Positions 50,706 through 62,709 of a DNA stretch of 64,000 bases are shown in pieces. How positions within the stretch are numbered: position 1 is the first letter of the stretch; the number at the start of each line of letters is the position of its first letter. The notes below the pieces were generated by a model. That model did no database searches. It was not told the origin of the DNA and saw nothing but the letters and a program-made list of their open reading frames with translations. This stretch comes from Squalus acanthias (taxonomy: Eukaryota). Where the stretch lies: positions 2,294,001-2,358,000 of the forward strand of contig CM059432.1 of NCBI GenBank assembly GCA_030390025.1. Reading direction: 5' to 3'. The translations under genes and the position numbers were made by a program.

Positions 50706-51898
50706 GTAATATTTAAAATGGTGTAATATTTTTACAGTCGTAATATTTTGAAAGTTGTAATATTTTGAAAAGTTGTAATATTTAGAAAGTTGTGATATTT
50801 ATTTTGAAAGGTGTAAGAATGCCACCTTAAACTGGTGGGAGAATCAAGGGCCGGAATTTTCTGGGGTGGTTGCGGATGCGATCAGAGGTGGGTCGGGTTG
50901 GAAAATTGATATTTTTGGGAACGCCTCCACGTGCCTTTCCCTCGGGCGCTTTTGCTGGTGCGGCAGCGACCTGACCAGCAGAGGCCGGCAACCTAATTCA
51001 AATCATTATAATCTTGTTTACAGACACTTAAGAGCCTTTCTCCCCCCTACATTTCAAATTTACCTGCATGGCCACAGGAACCACGCTGCTCGGGAACCAC
51101 GTCTGTCAACCTGAGGCAGGAGTTCAGTGGCCATTGCTCCAGCTGATCAGTTGACAGCTTCAAATGTACTCTAAAAGCTCCCACCTGACAGATGATCACT
51201 TTCCTCAGGCAGAAGCTGTTTCTCACTGCATTCCCAGCACAGATTCTGCAGGCTGCAAGTCTATCCAGTGTCACCTCATTGGAAGAATCTCTCTCACCAT
51301 TGACAGATTGCTTCTGTCATCTCTACTTCACCTGCCATCTATTCCAGCAACATGGGTGCCCTTTATACTGTCTCACCTTGGTCCTCAGAATCCCACCATA
51401 ATCAGCCCCAACACCAGCAGCACCAGGCACACCAGCAGCACCAACAACACCAACCTTCTCCGCAACCATCTGATGCTGCACAGGACAGAGAGCATCAACA
51501 CCTGAGCACATTGCTGCCCGCGAGGCCAGGGATGGCCTCACCATGGCCAGATTTACTTCACTTGACACTGTACACCCTGGCTGCTACATGATGCGCCAGG
51601 TTGGCACCACCCCACACCAACACCATAAAGCATCCCTACAATGCCCAAGCCATTCCTTTCACACTCACCACCATTGTGGGGGGTACCGTTATGTCTCACC
51701 ATTTACTGTAACTCACTCAGTCTCTTCCAAAGGTGCACACAAATCTGTCCAAGATGGGAAAGTGGTGAAAATAAAGATTTTTATGTTTGACAGCACATTA
51801 ACGGAAACTTTACATAAACATTGGATAAAACACCCAAGTGGCTACCCTTGTGAACCTACCTGTGTGTCATCTTCTCTTCCGTGTGCTTCTACCAGGTG

Positions 51899-52890
51899 CT
51901 AGCCCTGTGGCTTCAGCAGAGGTAGAGGCAGCCTGCTCACTTCCCTGCAGCCAAAGAGTTGGAGAGCACCTTGCTGCACATTAGTGGGGCCAGGGGGACC
52001 CACGTCTACGCTGACATCCCTCCTAGAGAGGAGGTCTATGAGCCTCTGCCATCTACTCTCTGTACATAGCCATCTATTCTCCATAGAGACCATGTGCTCC
52101 TTTGAGTGGCGCATTAGCTGCTCCATGCAGGTGGCCATCCTATCCATGGAGGAGCCTACAGTCGCCATCGCTTGCGACACGGTGGTGCTCATGTTGGAGA
52201 TGGACTCCTCCATTCTCTGAACATTTGCAGACATCGCGCTTGCAAAACCTGTCAGAGCCCCCTGCACTTCTTCCTGCACCTCCAGGATCACCCTCTTTCT
52301 GGATGGCCCCCGAGGCTCAGCGTCTGCATGCACTCGCGACGGCGTGGACTCTCCACTGCTGTCCCTGTCTCCACCATCTGCTCTTGCTCACTTGTGACTT
52401 GTGACACACCAGGTAACAACACTACTCTATCTCGCGTGGCACCCATCGAGGTGTGCGTCTCTGCGCTGGTGCTGGGTGTGCTTATGTCTGGTGACAGTGT
52501 GCCCTCAGAGGCTGGAGGCTCCTCTGAGGAGTCGTCTTCCTCCTGGACAGTGGTGGGGGGGGGGGCCTCTTGATGGACCTGTGGGAGAGTAAAGAGATGA
52601 GTTAGATATGTCATATGAAGAATGGGGACAGATATCATTATGCACATGATGACCATTCAGTGGCTGCTGACATCAGTCCCCATATGAGTGACTGATGTAT
52701 GCCATGTAGCTGTATGATATGTAATTCTGTCACCAGGTTGCTGAGATGTCCCCCTCTCTCTGTCTCCCACCTCCAGCTGCTCCGCATCTCCAGATATTTC
52801 TAAAGCAACCTCCTCTGCTGTTGTAATGTTTGCAAATGATGGAGGGCCACCGCCGGTTCTCCCCCTCTCTCTTATTTGGGCTCTTTTTTC
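51899..52890 (-). pseudogene. Remnant exons 2-3 of a Harbinger Myb-partner gene
   Basis: TTGCAG|EKRAQIRERGRTGGGPPSFANITTAEEVALEI (52890-52734, phase 1), then an acceptor before 52578; same layout as the intact gene. Confidence 0.65.
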
Positions 52891-53135
52891 CTGCAAGGAG
52901 GGAAAGAAGAGAAGGTTGAGTGAGAGTGATGGAATGAGTGTAAGGAATGGATGGGTTAGATCTTTAGAGGGTGACTGTGATGGAGTGTGGTGCCAAAGCC
53001 AAGTGGCCTCCTTGTGTGCTGTTAGTTGTTATGAGCAATGGGACATCTGCGCCCAATCCGCACAGGTGTTGGTTCCACTGCTAATTCAATGGGGCCCGTT
53101 TTTTAGGCATCCCAGGTGGAAATCTCTGGATGCAC

Positions 53136-53723
53136 GGCAGCCAGTTTGCGCACAGCAAGCTCCCACAAACAGCAATGTGATAATGACCAGATAATCTGTT
53201 TTAGTGATGTTGATTGAGGCCCAGGACACCGGGAGAACTCTCCCGCTCTTCTTCGAAATAGTGCCATGGGATCTTTTACATCCACCTGAGAGAGCAGACG
53301 GGGCCTCGGTTTAACATCTCATCCCAAAAGACGGCACCTCCGACAGTGCGGTGCTCCCTCAGTACTGCCCCTCCGACAGTGCGGCGCTCCCTCAGACAGT
53401 GCGGCGCTCCCTCAGTACTGCCCCTCCGACAGTGCGGCGCTCCCTCAGTACTGCCCTTCCGACAGTGCGGCGTTCCCTCAGTACTGCCCCTCCGACAGTG
53501 CGGCACTCCCTCAGTACTGCTCCTCCGACAGTGCGGCGCTCCCTCAGTACTGCCCCTCCGACAGTGCGGCGCTCCCTCAGTACTGCCCCTCCGACAGTGC
53601 AGCACTCTCTCAGCACTGCACTGGGAGTGTCAGCCTAGATTTTTCTGCTCAAGTCTCTGATGTGGGATTTGAACCCACAACCTTCTGACTCAGAGGCGAG
53701 TGTGCTGCCCACTGAGCCACAGC
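53136..53723 (-). mobile_element. tRNA-head SINE with Deu-domain-like core (DeuSINE/SacSINE1-like), internal repeat expansion
   Basis: A/B-box-like head GGCTCAGTGG...GGTTCAAATCC; core GGAGGTGCCGTCTTT...GATGAGATGTTAAACCGAGGCCCCG. The family name is from recall. Confidence 0.75.
53340..53600. repeat. 33-bp minisatellite CCGACAGTGCGGCGCTCCCTCAGTACTGCCCCT, ~8 units
   Basis: Direct tandem units; 11-aa periodic ORFs. Confidence 0.9.
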
Positions 53724-53871
53724 AAAAGATCGGCCCCAATGAAGATGGTTAGAACATGGAATTCACTGCCAGAGTTTGACACCAAATCTGCGAATTCTTT
53801 TGAAAGAGAATTATCCGATTGATTGAGAAAGAGAAATATTAAAAGGTATAGGGGGCGAGCTGGAGAGTGGG

Positions 53872-54170
53872 AAAAAGTGTAACATCCCCACCGACACCTG
53901 GGAATCCCTGGCCCAAGACCGCACAAAGTGGAGGAGAAGCATCCGGGAAGGCGCCGAACACCTCGAGTCTCTTCGCCGGGAGCAAGCAGAAGCCAAGCGG
54001 AAGGAGCGCACGTCAACCCAAGCACCCCACCCACCCGCCCCTTCAACCACCGTCTGCCCCACCTGTGACAGAGACTGTAGGTCCCGCATTGGACTCATCA
54101 GTCACCTGAGAACTCATTGTTAGTGTGGAAGCAAGTCATCCTCGGTTCCGAGGGACTGCCTAAGAAGAAG
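53872..54170 (+). mobile_element. RTE-clade LINE 3' end
   Basis: Translates to TWESLAQDRTKWRRSI...CPTCDRDCRSRIGLISHLRTH*, with an (AAG)n tail. Confidence 0.8.
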
Positions 54171-54499
54171 CAGAGGGAGTAGAGAAGGTGACTGGTGGAA
54201 CAAACCATCGCTGGTGCATTGTTGAGAGGCTGTTCCTGAGATTCTGTGGCAGATAATCAAGGTTCCAATGTACATTCATCGGCTGATTGCCTATTGGCTT
54301 ACAGCAAATCCCTAATCATTTAAATGTAATTAACACAGATCCACCAAATATCACTCCCACACATTTTGGTTTAAAAGTGAAACCTTTTAAAAAAAAAAAT
54401 ACGACACTCTTGAAAGTTGCCAGGGCTCCAGCTGGGTTTGGGAACTGTCAGTCTTGCTGATTGTAAACGCAGAATTCCACCGCTCAGTCGAGGCACAGC

Positions 54500-54668
54500 T
54501 GCTCATTATCACATTGCTGTTTGTGGGAGCTTGCTGTGCTCAAATTGGCTGCCGCGTTTCCCACATTACAACAGTGACCACATTTCAAAAAGTACTTCAT
54601 TGGTTGTAAAGCGCATTGGGACGTCCCGGGGTCGTGACAGGCGCGATAGAAATGCAAGTCTTTCTTAT
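54500..54668 (+). mobile_element. SINE 3' part
   Basis: Matches the 3' half of the SINE at 56788. Confidence 0.75.
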
Positions 54669-55109
54669 TTTGTTAAACGGCGTTGGTCTCTGCGTTCATT
54701 AAGCGTAAACGCTAAGCTTGCAGCATCTATCATTTAAGCTGCATTTGCTCTCAAAACTTTGCATGTTTTGTGTGTGTCGGTTGCTCATTTTTTGCTAAAA
54801 CATAGGATCCTACAAATTAATTTCCCGCCTCGCTGATGACTCCACAGCTTGTGTACGCTTCCATTCTGAAAAGGAAAGTTGTCCTGCATTCTTTTTCTCC
54901 TCATTATTTCCACCCAATACTTCCTCCCCAGTTTTTAGGAATACCTCTTGCTGTGGAAGATCAAGGAGCTGGCGAGTTTAGTTTCGTTGCAGTCGTATTA
55001 AGCTCAAGTGACACAGCAACATGTTGGCAATATGACGAGAGCAGCCAAACTCTTTGATGTGGAAATACCGTAACATTTTGTAAAAAATAATTAATAAGAG
55101 ATATGTTAA

Positions 55110-55670
55110 AGAAAGACTTGCATTTCTACAGCGCCTTTCACCACCTCAGGGCATCCCAAAGCGCTTTACAGCCAATGAAGTACTTTTTGAAGTGTAGTCA
55201 CTGCTGTAATGTAGAAAACGCGGCAGCCAATTTGTGCACAGCAAGCTCCCACAAACAGTAAGAAAGAAAGACTTGCATTTCTATAGCGCCTTTCACGACC
55301 ACCGGACGTCCCAAAGCGCTTTACAGCCAATGAAGTACTTTTGAAGTGGAGTCACTGTTGTAATGTGGTGAGATAATGACCAGATAATCTGTTTTAGTGA
55401 TGCTGGTTGAGGGATAGATATTGGCCCAGGACACCGGGGAGAACTCTTCTTCAAAATAGTGGCCATGGGACCTCTTATATCCACCTGAGAGAGCAGACGG
55501 GGCCTCGGTTTAACATCTCATCCGAAAGACGGCACCTCCGACAGTGCAGCACTCCCTCAGTACTGGCACTGGGAGTGTCAGTGCACTCAAGTCTCTGAGT
55601 GGGACTATGAGCCCACAACCTTCTGACCCAGAGGTGAGAGAGAGTGCTACCCACTGAGCCACGGCTGACA
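55110..55670 (-). mobile_element. SINE (55262-55670) plus adjacent extra 3' fragment
   Basis: Head, core and AAAGGCGCTATAGAAATGCAAGTC tail. Confidence 0.8.
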
Positions 55671-55774
55671 CTGTTATTTAACAATAAATTATTGTTAGGT
55701 ATCGTAAGTTCCAAGACTAGAATATTCCATGAGAATGTTGATGCTAAGACAATGCAGGCGGATTAGGGTAGCGT

Positions 55775-56119
55775 GTTTGATGTGGACAGGAAGGACCTAT
55801 TTCCCTTAGCAGAGAGGTCAGTAACCAGGGGCCATAGATTTAAAGTAATTGGTGGAAGAATTAGAGGGGAGTTGAGGAGAACTTTTTTCACCCAGAGGGT
55901 GATGGGGGTCTGGAACTCACTGCCTGAAAGGGTGGCAGAGGCAGAAACCCTCATCACATTTAAAAAGTACTTGGATATGCACTTGAAGTGCCGTAACCTA
56001 CAGGGCTACGGACCAAGAGCTGGAGAGTGGGATTAGGCTGGATAGCTCTTTGTCGGCCGGCGCAGACACGATGGGCCGAGTGGCCTCCTTCCGTGCTGTA
56101 AACTTCTGTGATTCTATGA
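55775..56119 (+). mobile_element. CR1 3' fragment
   Basis: TRGHRFKV...FFTQRVMGVWNSLP; ATTCTATG tail. Confidence 0.85.
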
Positions 56120-56787
56120 AGGCAATGTGCAGTGGATTGTGTCGTACTAATTAAATTGTATTTCCTACTCCAGTCCACTGTAAGCCGCTTCAAAGTGAGT
56201 TTACGTTGCCCCATTGACTACCAAGTGCACATCCCATGTGTACGCAATCTGATTACATGTAAATGATGCACAGGGTTTCATTTTCATGTACAGCGCATAG
56301 TCTGCTCGGTGCCGAAAATAATGGGGAGGCTGCAGAAAATTGGATTTCAAAACGCGTCCTTAATTGAGTGCTCCCTGCAAAGGAAGAAGCACCTGCAGAC
56401 TGGGCCTCCTTCCCCACAGGGACAGTGCGCACCTGGATGTAGATTACTGTGAAAATTCAATGTCTGCAGGGAGAAGCTCGAAGCCAGTCTAAGCCCATTA
56501 GGCCTTCTGGCGGTAGACGATAATGGACTATGGAATAAGGAGGAATTCTCCCTCGCTGAGCAGAGGGTCCCCTAGAGATTGGCGAAGCAAATAGAAGGTC
56601 CGAATGCTAATGGGGCCTGTCCATGTGGGAATTTGGAATACAGATAACAGTTAGAAAAGGAGAGGTTGCACTTCAGAAAAATACAGATGCCCGACAAAGC
56701 AAAGATGGTGCTAAGATGCAATGAGCTCGGGTTTAGAAACTCGGGAGCGCCAAATGGAGGAGCCCCAGGGTAAGGAGCCTGGGGTAT

Positions 56788-57255
56788 GTCAGCCGTGACT
56801 CAGTGGGCAGCATTCTCACCTCTGAGTCAGAAGATTGTGGGTTCAAGTCCCGCTCCAGAGACTTAAGTATAAAATCTCGGCTGACACTCCCAGTGCCAGT
56901 GCTGAGGGAGTGCTGCACTGTCGGAGGTGCCGTCTTTCGGATGAGACGTTAAACCGAGGCCCCGTCTGCTCTCTCAGGTGGACGTAAAAGATCCCATGGC
57001 ACTATTTCGAAGAAGAGCAGGGGAGTTCTCCCCGGTGTCCTGGGGCCAATATTTATCCCTCAATCAACATCACTAAAAACAGATGATCTGGTCATTATCA
57101 CATTGCTGTTTGTGGGAGCTTGCTGTGTGTAAATTGGCTGCTGTGTTTCCCACATTACAACAGTGACTACACTTCAAAAAGTACTTCATTGGCTGTGAAG
57201 CATTTCGGGACGTCCGGTGGTTGTGAAAGGCGCTATAGAAATGCATGTCCTTTTT
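56788..57255 (+). mobile_element. Full-length tRNA/Deu-like SINE
   Basis: Head, core and L2-like tail present. Confidence 0.82.
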
Positions 57256-57257
57256 GT

Positions 57258-58393
57258 TAGGGTCGCCAACCCTGGTGGGATTGCCCTGGAGACTCCAGGA
57301 ATTGAAGATGAATGTCCTGGGAACTACTTCCCACAAACTGGGAGAAAGATTATTGGGGCATTAAAAGACATTTTTTTTTCATTTACTTTGAACACTTAGG
57401 GGTAAAAATTGAGTCGCGCCCCATTTGGGGCGCTAACCTCGCCGGGGCGCGACTTTTAGCGCCCCGAAAAAATTAGCGGCCCCGCGCCGGAACTTCAGTG
57501 GTTGCGCCCCAAGAGGGAAGCGGGGCGCCACTGGAAGCACCCCGCATCCCTCTTGGGGCGCTGCGAGTGAATATCCTGGCGCTACGTGCCGCAGCGCCAC
57601 GCGCTGCGGCACGTCGCGCCGCGGTATTGCAGGCCTTCCTCCCCTTCTTAAAGGGGAGGGACCCTGCGCAGCGCGAACCGGGGCCCAGCTGGGCCCCCAG
57701 GGATCGGGAGTGCCGGCAAAAGAGCCCGGCACTCAAGAGAAGTGCCGGGCTCTTGGAGCGCAGCCGGCACTTCACGGTGGGGGGGCTTCACGGGGGCCGG
57801 GGGCAGGTGCTGGCAGGCGGCCAGCAACAAAAATGGCCGCCTGCCACCTCCCCTTTAAATATCGCCGCCCCGGCCGCACGTACGCCTCCCTGAACCCGTC
57901 GGACATAGCGTCTGGCGGTAAATCAGGGGGCGCGACTGAAGATCACGGCCGGGGCGCGAGCGGGGCGCTGCGCACAGCGATGACGTCATCGCCGGCGGCG
58001 CAGCGCCACAGGGCGCTACCGGCTGCCGCCGCCGCTAACCTCCCACTAAATTTTTCGGGAGGCGTGGGCGGCGCTGCGCCCGGGCGTTAGCTGCTTTACG
58101 CCCCATTAGCGCCCTCTTAAGGCGCTAACGGGAGGTGCAAGCAGCTGAATTTTTCCCCCTTAGTTATAATAATATAGGATGGCGGAGGGGGTGGGGGGGG
58201 AGGCTGTTTGATTGACAGTCAAGATTCATCCAATCGGGTGACGAAGAGTCTCTTGGCTTTCCGATTGGCCGCGGGAAGGCGGGGCGCCGCATGGATGGGC
58301 GTGTCGGGCGACCAATGGCGAAAGGATGTTTGGAGGCGGACGGGTCCTCTGACGATGCCTCCAGGAACACAACCAACCACAGTTGGCAAGCCC
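57258..58393. mobile_element. Possible old hAT-like MITE split by the Harbinger MITE
   Basis: TAGGGTCGCCAAC ... GTTGGCAAGCCC imperfect inverted ends; no TSD confirmed. Confidence 0.35.
57399..58159. mobile_element. GC-rich Harbinger MITE, 761 bp, outside the satellite
   Basis: TIRs GGGGTAAAAATTGAG / CTGAATTTTTCCCCC; TSD TTA. Confidence 0.93.
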
Positions 58394-58606
58394 GTGGGGA
58401 GGTCCGAGGATTCCCCGGATATTGGCCCCTCGGAACTCGTTACCATTAACGTCACATCCTCAACATGAATAGAGTCGTTTTCTGCACTGAGGGAGCGCAG
58501 GGCTCCGGCTGTGGGCAAGTGAGGATCTCAATTGTTTGTTGAAATTTGATTTGTGACTTTTTTCCTGCACTTTACAACAACAACTTGCGTTTAAACATCG
58601 CCTTCA

Positions 58607-59535
58607 GAATCATCATGGAATCATGGAATGATACAGCACAGGAGGAGGCCATTCGGCCCAGCGTGCCTCTGCCGGCTCTTTAAGAACATAAGAAATAGGA
58701 GCAGGCGTCGGCCATTCGGCCCCTCGAGCCTGCTCTGCCGTTCAATGAGATCATGGCTGATCTTCGACCTCAACTCCACTTTCCTGCCCGATCTCCATAT
58801 CCCTTGATTCCCTTAATATTCAAAAATCTATCGATATCTGTCTTGAATATACTCAACGACTGAGCCTCCACAGCCCTCTGGGGCAGAGAATTCCAAAGTT
58901 TTATCACCCTCTGAGTGAAGAAATTTCTCCTCATCTCAGTCTTAAATGGCCGGCCCCTTATTCTGAGACTGTGACCCCTGGTTCTAGACTCCCCAGCCAG
59001 GGGAAACATCCTCCCTGCATCTACCCCGTCAAGCCCTGTAAGAATTTTGTATGTTTCAATGAGATTGTATGTTTGAAAGAGCTCTCGAATTAGTCCCACT
59101 CCCCCTGCTCTTTCCCCACAGTCCTGCAATTTTTTCCCTTCAAGTATTTATCCAATTCCCTTTTGAAAGTTACTATTGAATCTGCTTCCACCGCCCTTTC
59201 AGGCAGCGCGTTCCAGATCACCACAACTCGCTGCGTAATAAAAATTCTCCTCATCTTCCCCCTGTATTTTTTCCCAATTACCTTCAATCTGTGTCCTCTG
59301 GTTACCGACCCTCCTGCCAGTGGAAACAGTTTCTCCTTATTTACTCTATCGAAACCCTTCATGATATTGAACACCTCTATTAAATCTCCTCTGCTCTAAG
59401 GAGAACAATCCCAGCTTCTCTCAGTCTCTCCACGCAACTGAAGTTCCTCATCCCTGGTATCATTCTGGTAAATCTCCTCTGTACCCGCCCGAAAGCCTTG
59501 ACATTCTTCCTAAAGTCTGGTGCCCAGAACTGGAA
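58607..59535 (-). mobile_element. CR1 3' fragment with a second CR1 3' fragment (58681-59066) nested
   Basis: Two distinct tails and two C-terminal ORF2 segments. Confidence 0.82.
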
Positions 59536-59696
59536 TGTTGCCACGTGGGTCTGTATATGAGGGAATGAGTAAGTAAATAAGGAGATATGCAATGAAAAGC
59601 AAAGGACACCAGCTTCCAAATTTAGCCATTGATCTCCTAACCTCAAAGGTCCTGTGCTCATAAGAACCCATGGGCCACAGCTTTGGGACCCTCTCA

Positions 59697-60680
59697 GCAA
59701 CAACAGCAACAACAACTTGCATTTATATAGCGCCTTTAACATCGTAAAACGTCCCAAGGCGCTTCACAGAGCGATTATCAGACAAAATTTGACACCGAGA
59801 CACATAAGGAGATATTAGGACAGGAGGTAGGTTTGAAGGAGCGTCTTAAAGGAGGAGAGAGAGGTAGAGAGGCGGAGAGGTTTAGGGAGGGAATTCCAGA
59901 GCTTAAAAAAAAAGAAAGACTTGCATTTCTACAGCGTCTTTCACGACCCCGGATGTCTCAAAGCGCTTTACAGCCAATGAAGTAACTGTTGTAATGTGGG
60001 AAACACGGCAGCCAATTTGCGTACAGCAAGCTCCCACAAACAGTGATAATGACCAGACAATCTGTTCTTGTTAATTGAGTGATAAATATTGGCCAGGACA
60101 CCAGAGTGAACTTCCCTGCTCTTCTTCGAAATAGTGCCATGGGATCTTTTATGTCCACCTGAGGGAGCAGACGGGGCCTCAATTTAACGTCTCATCTGAA
60201 AGACAGCACCTCCGACAGTGCGGCACTCCCTCAGTACTGCACTGGAGTGTCAGCCTAGATTTCTGTGCTCAAGTCTCTGGAGTGGGACTTGAACCCACGA
60301 CCTTCTGACTCAGAGGCGAGAGTGCTGCCCACTGAGCCACGGTTGACACTCATGGGTCAGTTGTGGGCTCAGGCAGCTGAAGGCATGGCCACCAATGGTG
60401 GAGCGATTAAAATCAGGGATGCACAAGAGGCCAGAATTTGAGAAGCGCAGAGATCCCGGGGGGGTTGTGGGGCTGGAGGAGATTACAGAGATAGGATGGG
60501 GGCGAGGGCCACGGAGGGATTTGAAAACAAGGATGAGAATTTTAAAATCGAGGCGTTGCTTAACCGGGAGCCAATGTAGGTCAGCGAGCACAGGGGGTGA
60601 TGGGCGAACAGGACTTGGCGCGAGTTAGTGCGACACGGGGCAGGAGAGTTTTGGATGAGCTGAAGTTTATGCAGGTTGGA
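59697..60680 (-). mobile_element. L2 3' fragment interrupted by a SINE (59905-60348)
   Basis: (CAA)n tail and LHWLPVKQRLDFKIL; SINE head and core in the middle. Confidence 0.82.
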
Positions 60681-60689
60681 AGGTGCCTG

Positions 60690-61200
60690 CCTCCTGTTAT
60701 CTGCAGCCTTCTCTTGCAAGCTGAAAACAACGTTCGTAAGAAAGAGGATTGTGAGATGAGTTGTAACAGAAGTACCCAAAAACACCAGCCACTCTAGGTA
60801 AGTGTGTGAGCGTGCTGCTGTAAAGAACCTTGTTCTGGCTTAGTGAATGCTGCTTGACACTTGACCTTATGTAATGGCTAAAACGAGCAGTGCTGTGATT
60901 GGGCGACATGGCACAGTGAGACAGTAGACAATGAACATGCCTGCGCGTTTACAAAGATCGGCAGTTGCCAAAGCGCTTTGCATTCTCTCTCTCTCTCTCT
61001 CTCCGCGATGCTGGCCCGAGTTGACAGTGTGCATCGATAAAGATAACTTGGCAAGAAAACCGGTTAAGATGTTGTCACACTGAGTCAATTTTTTCTCCCT
61101 CAATTGCTCCCAGGTTCGGGCAGTTGGTGAGACGGGGCCGACGGCTCCATCCACACTTGCTCGGTCTGTGCTCTTTATTGCTGCGTGATCCTCTCTTCCA
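60690..61200 (-). pseudogene. Possible very decayed Harbinger Myb-partner remnant
   Basis: SPTARTWEQLREK and LQEKAADNRRQ resemble the exon 1 end and exon 2 start of the intact gene. Confidence 0.3.
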
Positions 61201-61424
61201 AACAGAAAAGACAGACCTGCATTTATATAGCGCCTTTCACAACCTCAGGACGTCCCAAGGCGCTTCACAGCCAATGAAGTACGTTTTGAAGTGTCGTAAG
61301 TGCTGCTGTTAAGTGCATGTTTAATTATTGTCAATAATAATTATCATATGCTTAATAAATCTGTGAATGTCTACCTGTGATGCTGTAATAACCCTATTAT
61401 TTTGAGGAGCAACTTATAAGGAAC

Positions 61425-62003
61425 ACTTTATAAATCACTGGTTAGGCCTCAGCTGGAGTATTGTGGACAATTCTGGGCCCCACACTTCAGGAAAGATGTA
61501 AAAGGCCTTAGAAAGGGTACAGAGGAGGTTTACCGGGATGTTACCAGGGATGAGGGACTTCAGTTATGAGGAGAAGTGGGAAAAGTTTGGACTGTTCTCC
61601 CTGGAACAGAGAAGGTTAAGAAGTGACCCAATAGAGGTTTTCAAGATGAGAGGGTTTGATAGAGTAAATAGGAAAAAAAAATTCCCCCTGGCGAGGGTGG
61701 GTCAATAACCAGAGGTCACAGATTCAAAATCTTTGGGAAAAGATCTCGAGGGGAGATGAGGAGAAATGTTTTCACTCGGAGAGTTGTGGGGACCGGGAAC
61801 GCTCGACCTGAAAAGGTGGTGGAAGCTGATCCCATCAATAATTTTAAAAGGGAGTTGGACGGGTTCTTGAGGATGAGGAACTCACAGGGTTACCGACAGA
61901 AAGTGGGGATGTGGGACTGAGCACATCTGCTCTTTCAAAGAGCCAGCACAGGCAACGACGGGCCGAATGGCCTCCTTCTGTGCTGTGTGATTCTATGATT
62001 CTG
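61425..62003 (+). mobile_element. Old CR1 3' fragment
   Basis: [12 protein letters not shown] coding; GATTCTATGATTCT tail. Confidence 0.8.
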
Positions 62004-62322
62004 TGAAGTAAGAACACCCGTCCTCTAACGCTGGCTATGCTGTGCAGAGATCGCCCCCTAGTTGTGGACATACTAAGACGTAAGGAATGACCGTTTGGGC
62101 AAGATACTGGAAGCTTTCAAGTGAATCCGTTGGGTGCAATATCATGGCTACCAGAATCTGTTCACATCAGACAGTTGCCCACAAGGAAGAGTCACATATC
62201 TGGCAGGGAACCTCATTCACTGGGGGAACTTGTCGGAAATTCAGACCTACGCTGTGCATGATCTTCTGACCATTAATTGTCCAGATATCGTGCAGTGTAT
62301 ACCTAAATCCGCAATATACAAA

Positions 62323-62510
62323 GAATATACAGCACAGGAAGAGGGCATTCGGCCCAACTGGTCTGTGCCGGTGTTTATGCTCCACACGAGCCTCCTCCCA
62401 CCCCTCTTCATCGCACCCCATCAACATATCCTTCTATTCCTTTCTCCCTCATGTGTTTATCCAGCTTCCCCTTAAATGCATCTGTGCTATTCGCCTCAAC
62501 CACTCCCTGT
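62323..62510 (-). mobile_element. CR1 3' end fragment
   Basis: LPQGVVEANSTDAFKGKLDKHM plus 3' stem-loop region. Confidence 0.7.
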
Positions 62511-62709
62511 GGTAGGAACAATTGAGATAGTACTGAACTAATCCAAGCAGACCTGTAGGCTTCTTTTTGCATGGTGTTGGGGGCGGGGGGTCCTAATTCG
62601 TATAACTTATGGTGTTCTTCCCAATTAGAAAGTCCAATGCTCCAATACCATTTTCTAAATTGTAAAATCATTTTGAGGAGGTCACAGTGGTTCTGGTGGA
62701 GTTCATTAC

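Larger units (their letters stand above)
1..50818 (+). repeat. AT-rich tandem satellite, 17-18 bp monomer (AAAGTTGTAATATTTAG / AAAAGTTGTAATATTTTG), interrupted by TEs
   Basis: Monomers run head-to-tail in one orientation with a C-poor + strand. Variant-marked higher-order repeats occur (~53 bp at 7019-7230, ~325 bp at 39458/39783, ~779 bp around 31470/32249). The array runs off the left window edge. Confidence 0.97.
50848..53736 (+). mobile_element. Degenerate Harbinger element of a different family
   Basis: Candidate TIRs GGGCCGGAATTTT / AAAAGATCGGCCC with CAA on both sides; Myb-partner exon remnants inside; SINE inserted at the right end. Confidence 0.5.

Noticed and set aside
1..50818. 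CRISPR-like look (short repeats with interspersed unique segments)
   Set aside because: Repeats are contiguous without regular spacers, the inserts are TEs with TIRs or tails, there are no cas genes, and the context is eukaryotic.
54670..56780. Unassigned stretches (54670-55100, 56120-56780) as exons or ncRNA
   Set aside because: No convincing ORF, splice pattern or structure is visible without a database search.
56788..56860. tRNA gene
   Set aside because: A/B-box region is the head of a multicopy SINE and continues into the SINE core.
58180..58520. Host promoter (CCAAT and GC boxes)
   Set aside because: Lies largely within a probable old DNA-transposon remnant with no downstream exon recognisable; not excluded, but unsupported.
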